From Selaginella moellendorffii (taxonomy: Eukaryota; Plantae; Lycopodiophyta), in NCBI RefSeq assembly GCF_000143415.4, contig NW_003314379.1:1-64000 (forward strand): a stretch of DNA of 64,000 nucleotides, written 5' to 3'. Made by a program: the position numbers and the translations under genes. Of the stretch, positions 34,000 to 46,708 are shown piece after piece. Under the pieces are notes generated by a model that did not search any database, was not told where the DNA came from, and saw nothing but the letters and a program-made list of their open reading frames with translations. Positions within the stretch are counted from its first letter, which is position 1. Every line of letters starts with the position of its first letter.

Positions 34000-36900
34000 A
34001 ACTCATGTGTTCGGTAGCTTGTTCTAGGGCAAAGATCACTATAATAACATAAGATCAATGACATCAAAAGCCCTTTGTCATTCTACAACTACAGCAGTAG
34101 TTTGGCGCAGCTAGTCACCATTGCAAGCCAAACTACACCAAAGATTTTCTCCTAGTTTTCACTAGGCAAAAATGTCCTTGTAATCTTTTAGTAGATTTAT
34201 GGCCTGATTGCAAAATTCACTTTGTAATTTTTGAGCAATTATAATAGTATGCAAATTATCCTTATTTACTAAATTGATTTGCTCAAATGATTAATCACAA
34301 AAAACATGCAAAACATAGTTTCTCTATTGATTCATTTTATAGGTAAGATTTTCCTTTAGGGAGAAATTTCTTATAGCCATGTTGACCTTTAATCTAGGGG
34401 CCTCTTGTCTATGTATTGAATAGAGATTGACCTCTAAAATTAGCTTAATTTCAGAGAATACTTCTAAAATTTTTTGTTTTTAGAAATCATCTAAACCTTC
34501 CTCTTAATTATAAGATTGAGTTTTGAAAGGTTTATTTTTCCTTTCCAACTATATGGTGAAAGTAATGGGTATAGATTTTTTTTGGTTGCCTTACTCTATA
34601 CACAAAAAACCATTTTTTTAGTCTTGGTTTATGTAAATAATTTTTAGCCAAGGTCTGCCTAGTAGAGTTTTGTAGGTAGAATCTCATAGTGTCATTTTAA
34701 GCACAACATAATTAAATTTATACTTTAAGCTAGCCATTTCTAATAATTCCAATGGGTTTGACACTTCAATTATCAGCCATTCGTATATTAAATGGGGCTA
34801 GTTGAATTGGGCTTAGGCCTAATTCTTTACAAATACTCTCTTCTAGAATATTTATGTTTAAGCCACCATCAATAAAAGTTCTATATAATAAATTTTTGTC
34901 AATCTTTATATAGATTGTAGGAACTTCATCATCACAATCTCTTAGCTCAATTACAATAGATATAAATGGGATTAAAGTTTCTTAGGCAAGAGTTCTCTAA
35001 ACAATGTAACTTTAAAGTAAAGTGTTATAGTGAGAAGTTGGCCTAGAGTGAGTGTAATTCCGGCATTTAAAATGCCTTTCCCTGCCTTTTTCCCATCCTT
35101 GTCATCTAGCTTTAGTATAAGATTTATTTATTTTTTGCAAATAGTAAATTCGTGTTAGCCTCTAAAGGCATGAGACTCTCTATGTTAAAATTACTATTTC
35201 TTAAATCGACTTGTGGTTGCAAGTCTTAGAGTTGTTGAGTGATTTCAGCATTGATATTTTCCTTTTGGTGCCTAATGAAGAGGTAAATGTTTTATTTTGT
35301 GTATCATCTAAGGAAGAACAAAAGAAGAAAGTTTAGGTGAAATGGAATTATGCCTAAGTTTAGGCATCCAAAGAAGTTTACATGTAATAATAATAATCAA
35401 ATCTGGAACTTCCAATGCAAATACATATCTACATAGTACATTTTGTAACTGATTAATGTTTATGTCATAGCTTTGGGTTTTGTTCAATTATGGTTGTCAT
35501 TATATTAGTGGTTTTATAGAAGTTTTAAATTCTTATAGTAATCTATAATAATTTATAGATTAAAACAAGCTATGACACAAACCCAAGTGTGTCAAATAAT
35601 CCATTATTTATTTAGGATTGAATTTAATCTATCCATTCTTGTTTATAACCAAGGATTTAAACCTAATATTCCCATATCCAAAGCACTCACAATATAAGAT
35701 TTGATTATTATTATTATTACATGTTTTAAATATTCAATCACCCAACTGGAATATCTAAAATGTTTTGATAGTATTAAAAAGAAAATGTTCCACCAATTTG
35801 TGGCATAATTAAGCCAACTGTGATTGCATTGGAGATCCTACTTGCTACCATAGTGAAGAATGGATTCATCCCTGATGATATGCTGAAAGCTGATATACAG
35901 GTCTATAATCCTAATGCACAAGTATTTTATAGTAATAATAAATAGGAATAGGTAAAGTTCAAGAAATGCTTCAGATCTACTTGAAAATAATGAAGAAGAT
36001 GTAGATCTGGGTTTGGATCTAATACTAATTAATACTAATACTAATACTATCTGATCTAGGTTTGGATCAGCAAGACAAAGCCATTTGCTAGCCTAGATAG
36101 ATTTGTGAATGTGGCTAGGCTCATACCATGTTAAGAGAGGCGTCTTATCTCCATGAGCTGCCTTGCTCTAGGAGAATCAAGAACTTTATCGAGGTGCCTT
36201 CGTTTTGGTTTCTCCACAACAGCTTCATTCCTAAGTCCTCTTTGTCTTCCAGTTGCTTGAGCATTTTCTTTTTTGTCACCTCCTCTTTTTTTAGACTTTT
36301 CTCCTCATGCAAATGCTTTTTTCTTCTTATTTCTTCTTCTTTCTTCTTTCTCTTGAGCGTCACTCTCTTTTGCCTTCAGTGCTTTCTCCTCAGCAACATG
36401 GGCTTTCTCAGCTACTTTGTTTTTTTCACTCCTCAAATGCCTCAGCTGCAAGTTGTTTCTTCAACCACTGCTCCTTTTTGTTCACGAGCCTTGACTTCTT
36501 TTTGTTGAGCTTTTGCAACTTTCTGAGGTGAGGATTTTGCCCACATTTTCTTAGAAAGACTGGTGGCAAGCATAGTGCTGGTGGAAAGACTTGATGGTGG
36601 TGAGACTGTTGGCCGACTTGGACCTGCTGGTGTTAGGATTGGTGGTAGATGTGCTGTTGAGACTTGTGGTTGACTTGGTGATGGTAATGTTGAACTTGGT
36701 GGTGACTAGTAGCGGAGTGGAAGCACAACCTCAGTTAATAATGTTTCCATGCCTGTATTTGCCATCTCTAATAGCTTCCAAATCGTCCACAATTGCAACA
36801 GGCCCAAAATTAGTGTTCATGCTGTCGACTGCAGCTCTAAATCCGACTTTTATATTTTCAGGACTTAGCACTTTCCCATTGCTATCGTACAAGATCTTGT

Positions 36901-37245
36901 TTGGTCACCAAAGCTCTAAAGTTATTAAGAGAGTGTTGATCTACTTCTGATAGTTTTTGAATGGCGAAAAGCAACGTCTAATGGGTGCATCTTGTGCGAT
37001 GTCTGTGTAGGGAGAGTTTTGTCACTGGCGTGTGATGAGAGACTGCAGAAATGTTGTCGAATGTTGTTGAGAAGAGATTTAAACCCTGCCATGGAAGTTG
37101 TGTCCTGGTCTTTCACCACAGGTCTGCCTGGTTTTCGAAGGCTTATCAATTTGTCTGTCGTGAGTTGGACAAACTCATCAGTCAGATTACTCGCACACAC
37201 GCTGGAATGATTTGATAAAGTGAAAGCTCTTGCGCCGGCCAACAA
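34000..37245 (-). mobile_element. AT-rich, heavily decayed element (possibly LINE) with broken S/T- and K/E-rich ORF at 36145-37245
   Basis: Minus-strand coding-like remnants (e.g. DGGLNINIL near 34860) with many stops. Identity uncertain. Confidence 0.3.
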
Positions 37246-37580
37246 TGCGCATTTCAGGCAAAGAACTATTTTATAATTACTTTTCTGTTACTAACTAAAT
37301 CTTGTTGAAGAGCTAGTGAGAACAGGCATCCACAGTCTATATCGTATGCTACCTTACGAACTTCCCAAGGGTGAGGAGGTTGTGGGAGGGTGTAAGAAGG
37401 TGCAAGCAGTGGAAGTTTGCACTTGAGGCCTGACAAACAGGGGAATCACGTGTTGGCGAATCTACAACTATAGTTTCAGCTTCTTGGGGTCTAAAGAGTT
37501 TTAGCTTCCTTGTAAAAGAGCAAATTATGAGCAAAGAACAAGTTTTATAGTACATATCTACAAGCTTACATGTTTGTAAC

Positions 37581-39070
37581 TCAATGGATGGAATTCGAAT
37601 TCCTTGTGTAACTCCGAGCAAATGATTCGAGTAAAGACTGGAGCTCTCCAACGTCGGCAAAAATAGGCTGCTGGCGAGAGTAGTTTTTACACCATCGGAC
37701 CCAGTGGTAGCACATCTCCCAGCCCAGCAACGACCAAAAACGCATGATAAAGTTTCGTGGAGGAAGTGTTCCCAGGAGAGGATACACATGGACTTGTGCA
37801 GCGTGTGTGTAGTTTCTGAGAGCGTCGTTTTGGAAGAGGTATGGAAACACCTGTGAAGAGAAAGAGCTTTTCAAGCGACGAGGAAAGCAAGGAATCCGAG
37901 ACACACAACCTCAATGATTCGTGCACCAGGAGGAGCAAATAAGAGGTTGACGTTCTGTGAGCCGTGAGGGACAATCAAAAACTCCTCGCCGGCAACTTTG
38001 GATACCTGGGAAACAAAAGTTAACACGCCTTTGACCATCACTTGGTAGTACCTGTTCACAGAAGGAGCCAGTCCCTGCAAAGTCATTCACAGCAGGAACT
38101 TTCATAGTTCGACTTACTATGCGGACAATCTACAAGAAATCGCAGAATTTACGAGGAATGTGGTAGAATGTCGCACGTACCTCATCCTTGTTTGCTAAAT
38201 GCCGCGGCCCATTGCGATCCAATACAAGAACTCTTTTTGGTACCCGGATTGCCGATACGTTCACCTATATGCATTTAAAGATTCAACACACACACCCAAG
38301 CTTAAAGAGCGAGCTTACCCACAATTGGCAGTGAGCAGTAGCCGAGAACCTTGTCCCGGAGCCACGAGTTGTGATGGTAAGAGGGAACGTAGCGAACGTC
38401 TGTTGGAGGCGAGAAGAGTATGGCATCTTGGAAACAGATGGATTCATGGTGCTGTTGCGGGAGTTGAAGATACTCCACCTTGTCCTCCATAGCCATGGCT
38501 TGCAAAAATCCCTTGGCCCAGTCGGACACGTCTGCGGGAGAAGCAAACCAGTAGAGCATGGTGCTGTTCTTGAGATGGTGGTGTGCCAGTAAGGTGGCCG
38601 GGATGAGCTTCTCGGCCTCGTGGTGAGGATTTGGCTTGTGGTAAGGGAGGAATCTCTGGTCTGCTAGCATGGACGTGCCTGTGATCCATCTTCCCGATGC
38701 CCTGCTACATTCCCCTGAAACAACTGGGAGGGTCACTCGCTCGCCCTCGAAACGCAGGATTCTCGGCAAGCCAGTCGGACGATCATCACAAACGCGCACC
38801 TAGATAAAAGAATGCAATCAAAAACATGACGATTGATCGATTTTTTACCTCGGACGCGGAGATGCAAATTCCTCGGCTGAGCCGATGGAAGCAAGTGCCC
38901 CCGCTACAAAACGCACGCCCGTCTAGGGACAGAGAGCGTGGAACAGGAGATCGCGGCGACTTAGACTGGCGCTGGAGATGTCGATTGAGATTGCTGACGA
39001 AGAGGAGAGAGAGCGAGACCCATACCAGAAGGAAAGCGGCAATTACCCTGCGCATATCCGACGATCTCAT
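37581..39070 (-). CDS. Glycosyltransferase family 61 (DUF563) protein, multi-exon
   Basis: N-terminal TM anchor (VIAAFLLVWVSLSLLFV), ICFQDAIL and the LIVPHGSQNVNLLFAPPGARIIEV motif. GT-AG introns (e.g. 38848-38800). Confidence 0.8.
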
Positions 39071-39351
39071 TCCATCTAAACCTAGATATGATGCCCTTGA
39101 CAAATTGCCTAAATTGAGCAGGTTATTATTATGGCAATCATCTTGACCTCCATAACAACCTTTCAGCTTCTGTACCAGATCCGCCAAATCGTCCTCTTTT
39201 CAAAGGAGTTACAATCCATTGCTTTTGTATTCTCTTCACCAAAAAATGAACATGTCCAAAACTTTGCTCCATGGGGCTGTGCTGTGCTGCTCGAACAAAA
39301 GTGTATACTTACACGCGAGAAAAGGTGGCGAACCAAAAATCTCAATCTCAA

Positions 39352-42300
39352 TCAGTATGCTAGGTGCAGTCGTCTCAGCTCGGCTTGGTACGTTGGGCTG
39401 GCATTCAGCGTTCTAAACGCGAGGTTGCGGATGTCTTCCCGAGAGCACTCCTTCGAAATGCGAATGAGCTCCCAGAGAGCGCCGCCTGCGACCAAATCTT
39501 TGGCATTCACCTCTGCGAACGACAAGTTAGAGGCTGCAATGCAAGTCGGAATGAACAAAGGACTAACCGTGTTGTGCCAGATGACATAGCGCGAGTTCTA
39601 TGTGCCGCCTGATCGGAGATGCTTCATTGTTGGCATTTGCCACTATCCAAGGCAATGCTCCATCGTCAATCAGTAGAGACCGGCCGTTCCGATAGCCTGC
39701 AAAAGCTCCAGACACTTCCCATTGCACTCCAAGTCAGCATTGAGTTTACAAATGGCAAAGTCATACCTTGGGCAGCGGCTCTGGATTCGCACTTAGCAAA
39801 GTTGGCTATGCCCCTGGCAACTTGAGCGAGAACATCTGGGTGTCTCGATCTTACCATGCCAAGCAAAGCCCGGATGCCACCTTCCTCTCGCAACCTCATT
39901 TGAAGTTTATCTTCGCAAAAGAGGGGAACACGCGTAAGAACTTGCTCGAAAGAAAGAAGGCAAGTAGTTACTCACCATTCCCACACAGATTGGCTATGGC
40001 CCCTGCCACCATTCGAAGAGTTTGAGGATCATCGGCCTCATCAGACGTCTTGGCCAAGAGCCCAATGCCACCTTGCGTCATTATCAGCTCCTGATTGATC
40101 TCTGGAGCACAGTTTGGAAAGAAAATTAGAGAACCTCATCATGTGAACTACAAACTCACCATTCATTGCCAGATTTGCAATGGCACCTGCTGCCACGCGC
40201 CTGATAGTTTCGTCTTCAGAACCTCTCAAAAGCGACAGAAGAGAATGCAGCCCTCCTGCTTCAACGATCTTTTCTTGGTTCGCTTCTGTTGAATTTATTT
40301 CATCAGCTCTCCATTTGTCAAATTCGGATAAAAGAGTACGCACCTTCAGCTGCTAAGTTTGCAACTACTTTTACGGCATGTACTCGCACGTCAATGTCTT
40401 CTGACTCCAGCAACGACAGTATCTTTTGAAGTCCAACTGAATTTTTTGGAGAAGTTAGTGAAGTTCCAGAACCTCGTGAACTCACCTTGCTCAAAGAGCC
40501 TAGCGATTGTTGCCCTTTGGCCGCCGCCATTCTCACTCCTGGCACTTTGAGGCCTCAGTAAAGCGGATGGACTGTCTGCACCAGACCCTGAATCCCTTTC
40601 CGGGCTCTTTCTTGGCTGATAAAAATGTAGGCGCCCGTCAGAGACCTCTTCTGAAGTAATCGCTTATCAAAGCGTACCTCGTCAACCTCATCATTCACTT
40701 GCAGCTGCTGTTTGAGAGCCTGGATCTCCTTTTCCAGCGCGTGTCTAGCTCTGGTTTCTTCGTCCACCCTTGTTTGGAGGCTCAGTATGACTTCGTTCTG
40801 ACATTGACATTAGAAACTGCAGTTAGTCGTTTCATTTCAAGCATCAGAACCAATACCTCGGATGCAACAGCAGAATTTCCAGATTTTAAAATCTTCAATT
40901 CTTGCTCGGCTTGTTCTCTCAAACGAGACTCTTTTTTAAGCAGCTGCTTCAGTTGCAAGGCCTCGTCAGGTTGTGAAGTTGAGTCCTGGACTCCACCGAG
41001 TCAGTACGACAGAAAAAACGATTAAATTCGACATCTTACATTACTTGAAGAGTCCTTTTCCAGATTATCCTTTTGAGCTCGTTCTAAGGCCAGCGTTTGC
41101 ATCAGCACGGCCACTTCTTGAGTATGCTTTTGCGATAGTTCCATCAGCTCCTTTTGGTGCTTAGCTTTCTCGATCTGCATGTGTCTCTGCTCACGCAGAT
41201 AATAAAGCAAGAGTCAGTAGCTAGTAGTGCACTAAAAACTAACATGCGTCCCTGAGCACTGAGCGTTGTTCTTACGTCTTTGAGCTCATGCGCGTCATGG
41301 GGGCTGTCTCTCAGCTCTTTCTCTAGTCTTTCTCTATGCGCTCGCTCCATGGTTAGTTTTTGCATGGTCTCAATATGCTCCTTATGATGCCTTATTCTCT
41401 CAGCTGACAGTGTCTATATGTGCAGCAAATCTCATTACTCTGTCAGAAGCCTTGAGATTCCTTAATCTCATTAGTAGTATGCAAATGCGATAAGGATTAG
41501 GATAAGAATTACGCACATCTAGAGACGATGCCAGCTTATTTTCAGCCTCTGCAACGCAGTGTCGTGCTTCCTCCAGCCGTTTCTCCAGCTCTTCCTCGCT
41601 GTCGAATATGGCCTTGGCCTGACGCTCATTCTCTACAATAAGTTTGTCGAGCTCAGACTCTAGGCGCCGGCAAAGGCCCTTATAGTCAAACTCCTCTTTC
41701 AACTTAACCATGTTCTCAACTTTCATGGCCTACAATACACCCGTGTAAGGAAAAAAGCCAGAAAACGATGAAGAAAGACAATAGCCTTACACGCTGTCCA
41801 AACATTATAGTACTCGCAGTTTCTCCACGATGTTGTGGAGATGGCCCAATCGTGATAATAAGGGACGTTCTAGCAGTCCCTAGAAAGCGGAACACAAGTA
41901 TTTGTCAGTAGGATAGATTGCACCACCATCAGCATTACCTCCGAATGAATCTCGCAAGATTCTGGTGAGTTTTGAGTCTCTCGTTGGGACATGTGGACTG
42001 TTTTCGGCAAGCGCATTGATACATTTGCCAAGAGCAGTAAGCGATAGATTAATGGACTTTGCCTCCTCAAGAGTATGTCCCTCGCTACCTGTGCACCAGA
42101 GTGAAGCATGAAAACGCTCGAAGTTGGATTGAGATTTACCTGACTTGTATACTCGCTCCGATCCGGCAAGGTCAACAATTACCAGCTTACTTTTACGGAT
42201 TGTTGGTACACGGTTCCCTTTGGCAACCTGGACGCAATTTCCATTCTCGCTCAGTACAACTACTTCCCTGTCCGGCTTGGCACGCCCTACCTTTCTTACA

Positions 42301-43450
42301 TTTACCTGCAAGGAGCTAAGCGGTAAGAGAAACTGTAGGCTTGGCAAAGCTTACGTACCAAAAGAATTGCATGACTGCGTGATGACTCGGTATTAAGCTT
42401 TGTGTTGGCCGCAAATCTATTAGCCTCACCCACTTGTAGCAAACGAACGAAACTTCTGTGATCAATAATGGGAACCAGAGTAGCCCCAGGAAGCGTCACG
42501 TCCCCGGTCTTTGGATCTTCGACAATGGGAATGTTATCCCTTTCGGGAGCTAAAAGATCCTGCACCGTCTCCATGTACAGCTGCAGACAGAAGCCATCGA
42601 ACGATGAGAAAGAAACGCAAGATTATTGAATCCAACCTGCAGGTAGGAAACGGTAACGGAGTCGTTCTCTGGAGAAATATCAGACAAAATATCCTCCATG
42701 GCCCGAACCATGATTCCTCTGTCCGCACTATCTTCCTCCCCGAGCCTTCCGAGAGTGAACGTTTTCCCAGTTCCCGTCTGCCCGTAGGCCATGACCGTTC
42801 CATTGTAGCCTTCAAGCACGCTCTGCGCAAGAGTAACAGCCAGGACTGATTGACCAGTGTTAAAACACTCGAAGGTGCCACATACCTCCACCACTGGCTT
42901 CGCCACAACCTCGTAGACACGCTTCTGGGAGGCCGTCTCTGCAAACACCTCGTCAAACTGGTAAGTTTCACAGTCCCAGTTGTTCTTCCTCAGTCGTAGT
43001 CGCTTGAGCTGCAACAAGTTGGCAACAATATAAGACTTTCCAAAGAGCACACGAGTACTACCTCGGGCTGGAGCTCCACACAGTCTCCAAAATCCGCATC
43101 CACTATGAGCTCTTCCGCATTCCTGGGACGAATGCGCACTGCCACACGCACTCTTCCCGATACTGCTCCATACCCAATGAAGAAAAAAGCGGTGTCAAAG
43201 AGACGACGAAGAAGGAAAATGGAAAAACAGAAAGTAGGCACTCACTGTGGGAATCATTTTTTTGAGAGCCAATGCTGGAGCGCCGTGCCGAGGAAGGAGA
43301 GGCCGATTTGGGGCGCAGTAGCGGGCCCCCGAGTGGCGGTGGCGGCGAAGGAACGGAGGGCTTTGCCATTGTGCCAACTGAGAAAGGCCTATCCAACCGT
43401 ACTGCCCGAGAACCAACACTTAACAAATTCTTATATCCAGCATATGCCAT
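39352..43450 (-). CDS. ARK: Armadillo repeat-containing kinesin, multi-exon
   Basis: [46 protein letters not shown], coiled coil, ARM repeats ([15 protein letters not shown]), C-terminal [10 protein letters not shown]. Confidence 0.95.
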
Positions 43451-44055
43451 GTGATTTCTGCCTTACCTGAGACCATCCGAAGCTCTCAGATTCCACCCAT
43501 TGTCTCCTCCTCCTCCTCCTCAATCACCGCCATCGCCGCTAATCCCCTCCTTCTCGTGCTATCCCAGATCGCCTCATTCCCTTCGAAATTCCAGGCGCGG
43601 CGTCCACGAGGCAGGAGCAAATTCTAGGCGCGATCGACCGATCGAGACTGGGATCTCGCGCGATGCGGCAATGCACATAGGCGACAATCCAGAGGAGAGA
43701 AAGAGATAGACGAGATTATTGCCGTCGTCCTTGTCGTCGTCGCGTCCTCGTCGTGGCGGTGTTGCGTAGAGACTAGACTAGGTGGTAATAGTAGGGCATG
43801 GTGCTCCAATGGATTACCCCACCCCCACCTAAACGATGCCATTCCGCCATGGCTTTGCTCCTCTGATGAGATGAGAGAGCTAACCCTAAAAAATGGGCAC
43901 ACCGTTTGTTTAACCCACTGCCCCACATTTTGCCAAAAAAAGAAAAGGAAAACAAATACAAATTCCTTTCCCTCCACTGGCTTCGCGCGATTCGAAACCT
44001 CGTCGACTGACCACGGTAGAAAAACGTTACCCTGTTACCTTGGCTTTTTACTCTT

Positions 44056-44610
44056 CTACTGCTGCCTCGTTCTTCCTCGCACGAACAGCTTGTCTAGATC
44101 TTGGGTCACCACATTTCTCCTACAAAGATCCAATGCTTTCATCAAAAAATATTCCATGGTATCATCTTTGGAGCTCGCTAGATAGAAATCTATGGTGGAG
44201 TACCTTCTTTGCAGGAGCTGGGGAGGGATGAGGCGGCCACCGGCAGTGTCCGGCGGTGGCAATCCCACTGACGATCGCGAGCTGCTATGAGCAGCCTTCC
44301 TCCGCGGCGACGGCGGCCGTCTCGTCCCATTCGATTCCTGGCTGCTTCGTTTCCTCGCGCTACTGCTGCCACTGCTTGGATTTCCCCCGATTCCAGCCAG
44401 CTCTTGTGCCGCATCCGGTAGCCTCACTCGCGATTCCTCTGGCGCTGGAATTGCCGATGGCATTCTGCACGAACCCACGAATCCTCAGGGATAGGGATCG
44501 AGGAGAAGGGAATTTTCTCACGGTTGCGGTGCTGGAGGTGCCGGCTCCACGGCGTCCATGCGCTCGTCCTCCTCGTCGGACGAAGACGCGCCATAATCAA
44601 CCAACGCCAT
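44056..44610 (-). CDS. Small spliced plant protein of unknown function (MALVDYGASSSDEED...LIPPQL..RNVVTQDLDKLF)
   Basis: Three exons reconstructed by eye. ATG at 44610, GT-AG introns at ~44522-44464 and ~44203-44120, stop at 44056. Confidence 0.7.
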
Positions 44611-44672
44611 AAACCCTAACGAGACCACTACCTAGGGCTCTAGGCTCTTCCTTTCGATCATGTCCAATCGCC

Positions 44673-46340
44673 ATGACAATGCGGCTAGACGAGCTCACGG
44701 ATCTCGTCAAGGGCTGCGGCGATGCCATCGAGCTCCAGCGCGTCCACGCCGCGATCTTGCGCAGCGAGCACGCCAGGAATGTGTTCTTGGGCAACATGGT
44801 GCTGCTCATGTACACGCGGCTCGGGAGCTTGGAGCAAGCCCGGCAGGCATTCGAATTGCTACTCCATCCCAATGTCTTCTCCTGGAATCTCTTGCTCCAG
44901 GCGTTCATCGAGCACGGGGAAATGGATCGATCCAAGCACACCTTCGACACGATGCCCGCCAGGAACATGGTGTCGTGGAACTGCGTGGTGGCCGGCTATG
45001 CCCACGCCGGGGATGTGGAGGCCGCCAAGGCCGTGTTTGATACCATGCCCGAGCGCGACGTCGTGGCATGGAACTCACTGCTACAGGGATTTGCCGCACG
45101 GTGTGACGTAGAGGGTGTGAGGAGAACGTTCGAGGCGCTGCCCGAGGCGGATGTGGTGTCCTGGACAAGCGTCATCGCAGCGTATGCCCTGTCAGGGCAT
45201 GTGGAACAGGCAAGCGGCGCGTTCTACCGCGCGGCACACCGGAACCTTATTTCGTACACCGCGCTGCTCACCGCCCATGCCCACGTCGGTGCTGCCGATG
45301 CCGCCAAGAGGCTCTTTGATGCGATGCCCGAGTGGGACATCCGGGCTTGGAATGCACTGCTTCAAGCATTTGCCGCCAAGCCCGACGTCCGCGCGGCACT
45401 GGCGCTCTTCTACACCGCTATGCCACTGCATGACGTTGTGTCGTCCACCACCATCGTCGCGTTGTATGCCGCCAGCGGGCAGCTTGAGGCCGCCAAGTTC
45501 GTGTTTGACACCATGGCGCAGCGAAACATCGTGTCATGCAACACAATGGTGGCGGCGTATGCCGCCGGTGGACATGTGAGTGACGCCGAGAGGATCTTCC
45601 ACACCGTGATGCCGCTGCACGACTCCGTGTCCTGGACTGCGATGCTTACGGCACACACCGAGGCCGGGCAACTGGAGGAGGCCAAGAACTTGTTCGATGC
45701 AATGCCTGCTCCACGGTGCGTCCAAGCTTGGAATGCGATGATCACTGCCTTTGTCGACAACATGGAGTTGAGCAGCTGCCAGTTCTTGTTCGATGCAATG
45801 CCCGAGAGAGATCTCGTGTCATGGAACGCAATGCTCGCGGGATATGCCCGGAGTGGGCGTCTAGGCTCCGCCAAGAGGGTGTTTGCGAGGATGCTGGAGC
45901 GCGACACAGTGTCGTGGAACACTGTGATTGCCGCTTTCGCAGACTCGGGGCATGGCCAAGACGCGATGCTCATGTTCTTGCGCATGCTTGTCGACGGACT
46001 CGTTCCAAACCAGATAACTTACACGAGCGTCCTCGCGGCTTGCTGCTCGTGGGACGAGAGCCGGAGCCACTTCTCGTCGATGGTTGGCGATCACGGCGTG
46101 GGGGCGGTGAGAGCTCACTACTCTTGCGTGATCGGTGTGTTGGCGTCCACGGGAGAGCTGGGAAAGGCATGGGAGCTCATCGAGTTCATGCCGTTTGTGC
46201 CCGACGCGGCCGCATGGGGAGCACTGCTGAGCGGGCACCGCGTCCATCACGAGCGCACTGGCGCGGCAGCAGCGGCAAATCGCTTTGCAGATTTGGAAGC
46301 GAGTGACTCCGCGCCATACGTACTCTTGGCCAACCTCTGA
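44673..46340 (+). CDS. PLS-class pentatricopeptide repeat protein with E domain (organellar RNA-editing factor type)
   Basis: Intronless 555 aa. Tandem FDxMPERDxVSWN repeats, then HYSCVI...MPFVPDAAAWGALL...APYVLLANL. Confidence 0.95.
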   Translation: MTMRLDELTDLVKGCGDAIELQRVHAAILRSEHARNVFLGNMVLLMYTRLGSLEQARQAFELLLHPNVFSWNLLLQAFIEHGEMDRSKHTFDTMPARNMVSWNCVVAGYAHAGDVEAAKAVFDTMPERDVVAWNSLLQGFAARCDVEGVRRTFEALPEADVVSWTSVIAAYALSGHVEQASGAFYRAAHRNLISYTALLTAHAHVGAADAAKRLFDAMPEWDIRAWNALLQAFAAKPDVRAALALFYTAMPLHDVVSSTTIVALYAASGQLEAAKFVFDTMAQRNIVSCNTMVAAYAAGGHVSDAERIFHTVMPLHDSVSWTAMLTAHTEAGQLEEAKNLFDAMPAPRCVQAWNAMITAFVDNMELSSCQFLFDAMPERDLVSWNAMLAGYARSGRLGSAKRVFARMLERDTVSWNTVIAAFADSGHGQDAMLMFLRMLVDGLVPNQITYTSVLAACCSWDESRSHFSSMVGDHGVGAVRAHYSCVIGVLASTGELGKAWELIEFMPFVPDAAAWGALLSGHRVHHERTGAAAAANRFADLEASDSAPYVLLANL

Positions 46341-46708
46341 AATGCCTCGACCGGTGTCGACAAAACTTTATGCTAGCTGCTCACTCAAAGATCTCTGGCT
46401 TGCGCTCGTCCTCTTTGCCACTTTTTTCTTCTTTGGTGCAAAGGAAAAGAAAAGACGACAAAACCACTTTGTTAAAACTCTTGTCAGCGCAAGTTGGTGG
46501 CGAGCGCTCTTTTGAGCCGAGGATTGTCAGTGATGGCGACGTAAGGTCTTCCTGCGACTAGTGCGTTGCTTCCGCAGCGGCAGTGTCCTTTCTTTTCTGC
46601 ATGCTCAACTCTCGGACGCTCAAAGTTTTCCAACTCCTTTCTTTTCCAGGCAAGTGATCTTCGGTTTTGGAGATATGAGTCTACGTGCTGCTTGAGCGCT
46701 TCGAAAGG

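Noticed and set aside
36000-36070. (AATACT)n microsatellite flanked by GATCT.GGTTTGGATC direct repeats
   Set aside because: Short simple repeat inside decayed element sequence, with no evidence of function.
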